A stretch of 64,000 nucleotides of DNA from the human T2T-CHM13v2.0 reference genome, Homo sapiens: NCBI GenBank assembly GCA_009914755.4, contig CP086569.2:12128001-12192000 (forward strand), read 5' to 3'. The notes below the pieces were generated by a model. It saw only the letters and a list, made by a program, of their open reading frames with translations. It was not told the origin of the DNA and did not search any database. Made by a program: the position numbers and the translations under genes. Positions within the stretch are counted from its first letter, which is position 1. Every line of letters starts with the position of its first letter. Of this stretch, positions 56,121-64,000 are shown piece by piece.

Positions 56121-59100
56121 GTAATGGTAAGATACTAAATGGAATGGAATTGAATGGAATGTAGTGGAATGGACCCAAATGTAATGCACTCGAATGGAAT
56201 ATACTCAAATAGAATGGAATCGAAAGGAAAGGTCTCAAATGGAATTTATTCAATACAATGGAATCGAATGGAATGCAATAGAATGGAAAGGAATCGAATG
56301 TAATGGAATCAAATAGAATGGACCAGAATGGAATAGACTGCCATAGAACGGACTGCAGTGTAAAGGATTGAATTCAAATTCATTCAAAAGGAATGGAATT
56401 GAATGGAATGGAATCCAATGGAATGGATAGGATTGTACTGGAATGGAATAGCATGGAATGCAACGGAGTGGAATGGAGTTGAATGAAGTGGAATGGAATC
56501 GATTGGAATGGAATCAAATGGAATGGACGGGAATGGAATGGACTGGAAGAGAACAGACTCGAATATAATGGATTGCAATGTAATTGATTCAAATGGAATG
56601 GAATCGAATGGAATGTAATAAAATTGAAGGGATTGGAGTTCAATGCAATGAAATAGAATGGAATGCAAAGGAAAGGAAAGGCACGGAGTGAAATCGAGTG
56701 TAATGGAATCGAATGGAATGAAATCGAATGGAATGGACTCAAAAGAAATGGGCGAGGGACAAAACGGAATCGAACTGATTGGAATCGAATGGAACGGAAT
56801 GGAATGTAATGGTCTCCATTGGATGGGAGTAGAACGGATTGGAATGAAATGGAATGGAAAGGAATAGAATGGAATGGAAAGGAATGGAAGGTAATGGAAA
56901 GATATCGAACGGATTGGAAAGGAATGGAATGGACGCTAATGGAATGGAATGGAATTCAACAGAAACGAATGGAATGGACTGGAGTGAAATGGAGTCGAAT
57001 GTAATTGACTGGAGAGGAATGGACTCGAAAGGAATGGACTCGAATAGAATGGACTGGAAAGGATTGTACTCGAATGGAGTGGAAAGGAATAAAATGGATT
57101 CCACCAGATTGGAATGGAACAGAATGTTATGGAATGGAATGGAATGCAATGGAATGTCTCGAATGGAATGGAGTCGAATGCAATGGAAGAGAAAGGAAAG
57201 GAATTGGATGGAATTGAAAGTAATAGAATTAAATGGAGTGCAAAGGAAAGATATCGAATGGAATGGATCGAAAAGAAATAGAATGGAATGGACAGGAATG
57301 GAATGGAATAGAATGGAATAGACTGGCGTGCAATGAAAACGAATGGAATGGAAACGAATGGAATGGAATGGAAAGGAATGGAGTAGAATAAATACTATGG
57401 AATGGAATGGAATGGAATGGAATGGAGGCGAAAGGAAAAGAATGGATTGGAATGTCACCGAATAGAAAGGTATGGAATGGAAAGGAATGGATACGAATGG
57501 AATGGAATAGAAAGGAACGGAAAGGTAACAATGGAATGGAATCGGATAGAATGGAATGCAATGTAATGGAGTCGAATTGAAAATAATCGAGTAGAATGAT
57601 ATCGAATGGAATGGAATGGAATGGAATGGACTCGAATGGAATATACTCAAATGGATTAGAATAGAATGGAATGGAACTAAACGTAATGAACTCGAATGGA
57701 ATGGACACAAATAGAATGGAAGAGAAAGGAATGGTATTGAATGGAATTTATTCGAATAGAAAGGAATTCAATGGAATGCAACAGTGTGGCATGGAATCAA
57801 ATGGAATGGAATCGAATGGAATGGACCCGAGTGGAATGGACTCACATAGAACAGCCTCGAATGTAATGGATGACAATGTATTAGATTCGAAAGGACTGAA
57901 ATCGAATGGAATGTAATCAAATAGAACGGAATTGAATGCATGGAATGGCATAGAAAGTAATGCAATGGAATGGAATAGAATGGAATGGAATGGAATCGGA
58001 TGGAATGTAATGAAATGTAATGGAAGGAATGCCATGGAATGGAATGGAATGGAATGCAATGGGACGGTGTATAATGGAGTGCCATGGATTTCAGTGGAAT
58101 GTAGTCAAAAGGAATGAAATAGAATGGAATTCAATATAATGGAATGGCATCCAATGGCAAGGAATGGAGCGGACTCCAATGGAAACGACATGAAAGGAAT
58201 ATAATATAATGGAATGGCAATGAACGAAATGGAATGCAATGGGGTTAAAAGGTAAAATATCGAATGGAAAAGAATTGAATGGACTCGAATGGAATATAAT
58301 GGAATGGAATGGACTCGAATGGAATGTACTAGAGTTGAATGGAATCGAATGGAATGGAAAACAATGGAAAGGAAAGGAAGGGAATTGAAAGGAAAGGAAT
58401 AGAATGGAATGGAATCGGATGGAACAGAATTGAATGGAATGGAAACTAAAGGAATAGAATAGAAAGGAATGGCATTGAATGGAATGGAAATGAATGGAAT
58501 CAGATGGAACAGAAAGGAATGGAATGGCATGGAATGGATTGGAATGGAATGTAATGGAATGGAATGGAAAGGAATGGAATGGACTCAAATGGAATGTACT
58601 CAAATGGAATAGAATAGAATGGAATGGAAATAAATATAATGGACTCGAGTGGAATGGATTGGAATAAATTGGAATTGAATGTCTTGGATTCGAATGGAAA
58701 GGAATGGAATGGAATGGAATGGAATGGAATGGAATGGATTCGAATGGAATGGAACGAATTGGAATGTAATTGAATGGAGTCGAAAACAGTAGCAAGAAAA
58801 GAAGTTTAATCGAATGATATCGAATGGAATTGAATGGAATGTACGCGAATGGAATGGACTGGAATGGAATAGAATGACATGTAATGGAATCGAAAGGAAT
58901 GGAATCGAATGAAATGGAACTGAATGGAATAGAAAGGAATAGAATGGAATGGAGTTTAATGAAAGATATTAAAGGTAATGGAATGGAATTGAGTGGACAC
59001 AAATGGAATGGACTGGAATGGAAAGGACTCGAATGAAATGGACCGCATTAGAATGGACTCGAATGGAACGGATTGGTGTGGAATGATCTCGAATGGATTG

Positions 59101-61612
59101 GAAACGAATGGAATGGAAAAGAATAGAATGGAATGTAATCAAATGGAACGAAATGGAATGGAATGGATTCGACTGGAACAGAATTGAATGGAGTGGAGTT
59201 GAATGGAATGGAATGCAATCGAATGGAATGGACACGAATGGAATAGAATGAAATGAAATGGCATAGAATGGAATGGAATGGAATGGAATGGAATGGAATG
59301 GAATGGAATGGCATGGAATGGAATGGAATGGCATGGAATGAAATGGATTGGAATGGGATGGGCCCAAAAGTAATGGACTCAAATAAAAGGGACTCAAATA
59401 GAATGAATTGTAAAGAAACGGTCTCGAATGTAATTTATTCGAATAGAATGATATTGAATGGAATGCAATAGTATGGAATGGTATCGAATAGAATGGAATG
59501 GAATGGAACGGAATGGAGTGCATTTGAACGGACTCAAATGCAATAAATTGCAATATAATTGATTCAAATGGAATGAAATCGAATAGAATGTAAACAAATG
59601 GAATGGAAGGCAATGCAATGGAAAGGAATCCAATGAAATGGAATAAATGGGGTGGAATCGAATGGAAAGGACGCGAATATAATGGACTGTTAAGGAAAGG
59701 TCTCGAATCGAATTTATTCCAATAGAATGGAATCGAATGGAATGCAACACTATTGAATCGAATCGAATGGAATGGAATTGAATGGAATGGACAGGAATGG
59801 AATGAACTGGAAGTGAATGGACAAGAACGTAATATATTGCAATGTAATTTATTCAAATGGAATGGAAAGCAATCGAATGGAATGGACGCGATTGCAATGG
59901 ACTGGAGTGGAATGGACTGAAATGGAATGGAAACGAATGTAATGGAATGGAACGGAAAGCAAAGGAATCTACCGGAATGGAATCGAACGGAACAGAAAGG
60001 AATGGAATAGAATGGAGTGGAATGGACTCGAATGGAATGTATTCGAATGTAATGGACCTGAAAGGAATGTAATCCAATGGAATGGAATTGAATGGAATCA
60101 AAAGGAATAGAAAGGAATAGAGTGTAATTGAATGATATCGAATGGAAGGGAATGGAATGAAGTCGAATGGAATGCACTGGAATGGAATGGACTCGATCAG
60201 AACGGACTGGAGAGGAATGTACACAAATGGAATGGAAACGAATGGAATGGAATGAAATGGAATGGAATGCAACGGAATTGAAAGGAACGGAATCAAATGG
60301 AATGGAATGGAATGGAATGGATTGGAATAGAATGGATTCAAATAAAATAGAATCGATTGGAATGGTATTGAATGGAAGGGACTTGAATGGAATGGAAAGC
60401 AATGGAAGATATTGGAATCGAATGGCATCGAATGAAATGGAATGGAACGGAATGGAACGGACCCGAATGGAATGGAATGGACTCAAATGTAATGGACTCG
60501 AATGGAATCGACTGAAATATAATAGACTCGAAAGGAATGGCCTCGAGCGGAATTTATTTGAATAGAATGGAATCAAATGGAATACAATAGTATTGAATGG
60601 AATCGAATGGAATGGAATCGAATGGAATGTAATCAAATGGAATGGAACGGAATTCAATATAATGGAGTAGAATGGAATGCATTGGAAAGGAGCAGAGTGG
60701 AATCGAGTGGATTGGAATCGAGTGGAATGGAATCAAAGGGAACGAAATCGAATTGAATAGACTTGAATGGAATTGAGTAGAAAGGAATTGACTCGAAAGG
60801 AATGGACTGGAACAAAAAGGAATCAAATGGACAGGAATGGAATGGAATGGACTCGAATGGAGTGGAGTCAAATGCAAACGCATCGAATGGAATGGATTCA
60901 AATGGAATGCAATTGAATGGAATAGAAAGGAAGAGAATGGAACTGAGAGTAACGGAAAGATATCGATTGGAATGAAATGGAATGGAAAGGAATTGCATGG
61001 AAAGGAATGGACTCGAAAGAAATGGATTGGAATGGAATGGTCTCCAATGGAATGGACTGGAGTGGAATGGAATCGAATGGAATGAAAAGAATGGAACGGA
61101 ATGGAACGGAAAAGAATAGAATGCTATGGAATCCGATTGGACAGAATGGAATGGAATGGAGTTTCATGAAATGGAGTCGAATAGAGTGGCATCAAAAGGA
61201 ATGGAATCGAATGGAGTGGAGTCAAAAGGAATGGACTCGAAAGGAATGGAGTCGAACAGAATGGAATGCAATGGAATGAACTCGACTGGAGTAGAGAGGA
61301 ATGTAAAGGAATAGAATGGAATGTAATCAAATGGATTGCAAGTGAATGGAATCAAAAATAATAGAAAGCAATGGAGTGTAAAGGGATGATATTGAATAAA
61401 ATGGAATGGAATGGAATTTAATGGAATGGAGTCTCAGGAATGGACAGGAATGTAATGGACTCCAATGGAATGGAATGGATCAAAACGGATTTGAACAGAT
61501 TGGAATCGAACGCAAAGGAATGAAATGGAATGGAATGGACTCGAATGGAGAAGAGACAAATGGAATGGAAACGAATTCAATGGAATTGAAAGGAATAGAA
61601 TGGAATGACCTG
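56121..61612 (+). repeat. Array B HOR copy 4 (5492 bp)
   Basis: Bounded by the landmark at 56121 and the variant landmark at 61613. Confidence 0.85.
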
Positions 61613-64000
61613 TAATGTTAAGATAGTAAATGGAATGGAATTGAATGGAATGTAGTGGAATGGACCCAAATGTAATGCACTCGAATGGAATATACTCAAA
61701 TAGAATGGAATCGAAAGGAAAGGTCTCAAATGGAATTTATTCAATACAATGGAATCGAATGGAATGCAATAGAATGGAAAGGAATCGAATGTAATGGAAT
61801 CAAATAGAATGGACCAGAATGGAATGGACTGCCATAGAACGGACTGCAGTGTAAAGGATTGAATTCTAATTCATTCAAATGGAATGGAATTGAATGGAAT
61901 GGAATCCAATGGAATGGATAGGATTGTACTGGAATGGAATAGCATGGAATGCAACGGAGTGGAATGGAGTTGAATGAAGTGGAATGGAATCGATTGGAAT
62001 GGAATCAAATGGAATGGACGGGAATGGAATGGACTGGAAGAGAACAGACTCGAATATAATGGATTGCAATGTAATTGATTCAAATGGAATGGAATCGAAT
62101 GGAATGTAATAAAATTGAAGGGATTGGAGTTCAATGCAATGAAATAGAAGGGAATGCAAAGGAAAGGAAAGGCACGGAGTGAAATCGAGTGTAATGGAAT
62201 CGAATGGAATGAAATCGAATGGAATGGACTCAAGAAATGGACGAGGGACAAAACGGAATCGAACTGATTGGAATCGAATGGAACGGAATGTAATGGAATG
62301 GTCTCCATTGGATGGGAGTAGAACGGATTGGAATGAAATGGAATGGAAAGGAATAGAATGGAATGGAAAGGAATGGAAGGTAAAGGAAAGATATCGAACG
62401 GATTGGAAAGGAATGGAATGGACGCTAATGGAATAGAGTGGAATTCAACAGAAACGAATGGAATGGACTGGAGTGAAATGGAGTCGAATGTAATTGACTG
62501 GAGAGGAATGGACTCGAAAGGAATGGACTCGAATAGAATGGAGTGGAATGGATTGTACTCGAATGGAGTGGAAAGGAATAAAATGGATTCCACCAGATTG
62601 GAATGGAACAGAATGTAATGCAATGGAATGGAATGCAATGGAATGGCTCGAATGGAATGGAGTCGAATGCAATGGAAGAGAAAGGAAAGGAATTGGATGG
62701 AATTGAAAGTAATAGAATTAAATGGAGTGCAAAGGAAAGATATCGAATGGAATGGATCGAAAAGAAATTGAATGGAATGGACAGGAATGGAATGGAATAG
62801 AATGGAATAGACTGGCGTGCAATGAAAACGAATGGAATGGAAACGAATGGAATGGAATGGAAAGGAATGGAGTAGAATAAATACTATGGAATGGAATGGA
62901 ATGGAATGGAATGGAATGGAATGGAATGGAGGCGAAAGGAAACGAATGGATTGGAATGTCACCGAATGGAAAGGTATGGAATGGAAAGGAATGGATACGA
63001 ATGGAATGGAATAGAAAGGAACGGAAAGGTAAAGAATGGAATGGAATCGGATAGAATGGAATGCAATGTAATGGAGTCGAATGGAAAATAATCGAGTAGA
63101 ATGATATCGAATGGAATGGAATGGAATGGAATGGACTCGAATGGAATGTACTCAAATGTATTAGAATAGAATGGAATGGAACTAAACGTAATGAACTCGA
63201 ATGGAATGGACACAAATAGAATGGAAGAGAAAGGAATGGTATTGAATGGAATTTATTCGAATAGAATGGAATTCAATGGAATGCAACAGTGTGGCATGGA
63301 ATCCAATGGAATGGAATCGAATGGAATGGACCCGAGTGGAATGGACTCACATAGAACAGCCTCGAATGTAATGGATGACAATGTATTAGATTCGAAAGGA
63401 CTGAAATCGAATGGAATGTAATCAAATAGAACGGAATTGAATGCATGGAATGGCATAGAAAGTAATGCAATGGAATGGAATAGACTGGAATGGAATGGAA
63501 TCGGATGGAATGTAATGAAATGTAATGGAAGGAATGCCATGGAATGGAATGGAATGGAATGCAATGGGACGGTGTATAATGGAGTGCAATGGATTTTAGT
63601 GGAATGTAGTCCAAAGGAATGAAATAGAATGGAATTCAATATAATGGAATGGCATCCAATGGCAAGGAATGGAGCGGACTCCAATGGAAACGACATGAAA
63701 GGAATATAATATAATGGAATGGCATTGAACGAAATGGAATGCAATGGGATTAAAAGGTAAAATATCGAATGGAAAAGAATTGAATGGACTCGAATGGAAT
63801 ATAATGGAATGGAATGGACTCGAATGGAATGTACTAGAGTTGAATGGAATCGAATGGAATGGAAAACAATGGAAAGGAAAGGAAGGGAATTGAAAGGAAA
63901 GGAATAGAATGGAATGGAATCGGATGGAACAGAATTGAATGGAATGGAAACTAAAGGAATAGAATAGAAAGAAATGGCATTGAATGGAATGGAAATGAAT

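Larger units (their letters stand above)
1..64000 (+). repeat. Human satellite III-type (GGAAT)n pericentromeric satellite, HSat2/3 family, spanning the entire window with the GGAAT-rich strand on +
   Basis: Read directly: the window is dominated by ggaatggaatggaatg pentamer runs interrupted by diverged pentamers (gaatcgaatgg, ggactcgaatgg, ggaacggacccgaatgg, ggacccgagtggaatgg). C content is very low. ACCCGAGT/ACCCGAAT-containing motifs resemble the HSat3 CAACCCGAGT-type 10-mer. HinfI-like GANTC and TaqI TCGA sites are frequent. Assignment to HSat3 rather than HSat2 rests on the high purity of GGAAT pentamers. Confidence 0.9.
38100..64000 (+). repeat. Array B: ~4.7 tandem copies of a ~5.49 kb composite HSat3 HOR (leading partial copy, four full copies, trailing partial copy)
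   Basis: The landmark 'gtaatggtaagatactaaatgg' occurs at 39067, 44553, 50061 and 56121, with variant 'gtaatgttaagatagtaaatgg' at 61613. Spacings are 5486, 5508, 6060 and 5492 bp. Long pseudo-ORFs recur with the same period, e.g. minus-strand 'MSPFHSISFHSIPLHSISLRAFPFLCIPFYFIALNSNPF' at 39326, 44812, 50320, 56380 and 61871. Confidence 0.88.

Noticed and set aside
1-64000. Alpha-satellite or HSat2 identity.
   Set aside because: There is no 171 bp periodicity or alpha-satellite monomer sequence. HSat2 is built on diverged 23/26 bp CATTCGATTCCATTCGATGAT-type units. Here pure GGAAT pentamers dominate and ACCCGAGT-type motifs are present, which favours HSat3. Exact subfamily and chromosome remain unassigned.
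1-64000. CRISPR array or other prokaryotic repeat-spacer system suggested by the very regular repeats.
   Set aside because: There are no unique spacers between repeats and the composition is eukaryotic satellite. The periodicity is a tandem HOR, not repeat-spacer architecture.
1-64000. Embedded transposable elements (Alu, L1, SVA), telomere-like (TTAGGG)n or unique-sequence islands.
   Set aside because: I saw no stretch with normal C/T content or recognisable TE sequence. Even the most diverged stretches (e.g. 41690-41760, 'gtcgaaaacagtagaaagaaaagaagtttaatcgaatgatatcg') are degenerate pentamer sequence that recurs in every B unit.
1-64000. Canonical HSF1 heat-shock elements within the GGAAT repeats.
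   Set aside because: A canonical HSE needs alternating inverted nGAAn/nTTCn units. GGAATGGAAT gives direct GAA repeats only, so no HSE can be called from sequence. HSF1 association with SATIII is known from experiments, not from motif reading.

Overview
The whole 64 kb window is human pericentromeric (GGAAT)n satellite DNA of the HSat2/3 family, most consistent with HSat3. There are no protein-coding genes, RNA genes, transposons or CRISPR arrays, and no unique sequence. The GGAAT-rich strand is the + strand throughout (ATTCC on the - strand), with no inversion. Every ORF in the six-frame track is a stop-free reading-frame artefact of the pentamer. GGAATGGAAT reads as MEWNG/NGMEW/EWNGM and ATTCCATTCC as IPFHS/FHSIP, so stops appear only where pentamers are mutated. 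These ORFs repeat with the satellite period and are not genes.

The window has two parts:
- Array A (~1 to 38.1 kb): 28 head-to-tail copies of a ~1373 bp higher-order repeat (HOR). Unit-length variants are 1377/1378 bp and two 1353 bp units carrying a 20 bp deletion. The array includes a 5482 bp four-unit super-repeat present twice (20615-26096 and 26097-31578).
- Array B (~38.1 to 64 kb): about 4.7 copies of a ~5.49 kb HOR, with lengths 5486, 5508, 6060 and 5492 bp. Each B unit contains a circularly permuted ~1.35 kb copy of the array-A unit embedded in ~4.1 kb of different HSat3-type sequence.

The A-to-B transition lies in register inside the shared homologous segment (~38.0-38.2 kb), with no non-satellite junction sequence. 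One B copy carries an extra ~568 bp partial A-unit.

I find no credible evidence of an undescribed biological system. What is interesting here is satellite architecture and evolution: nested HORs, a composite HOR, an in-register array junction and unequal-crossover footprints. Chromosome and subfamily cannot be assigned from sequence alone.
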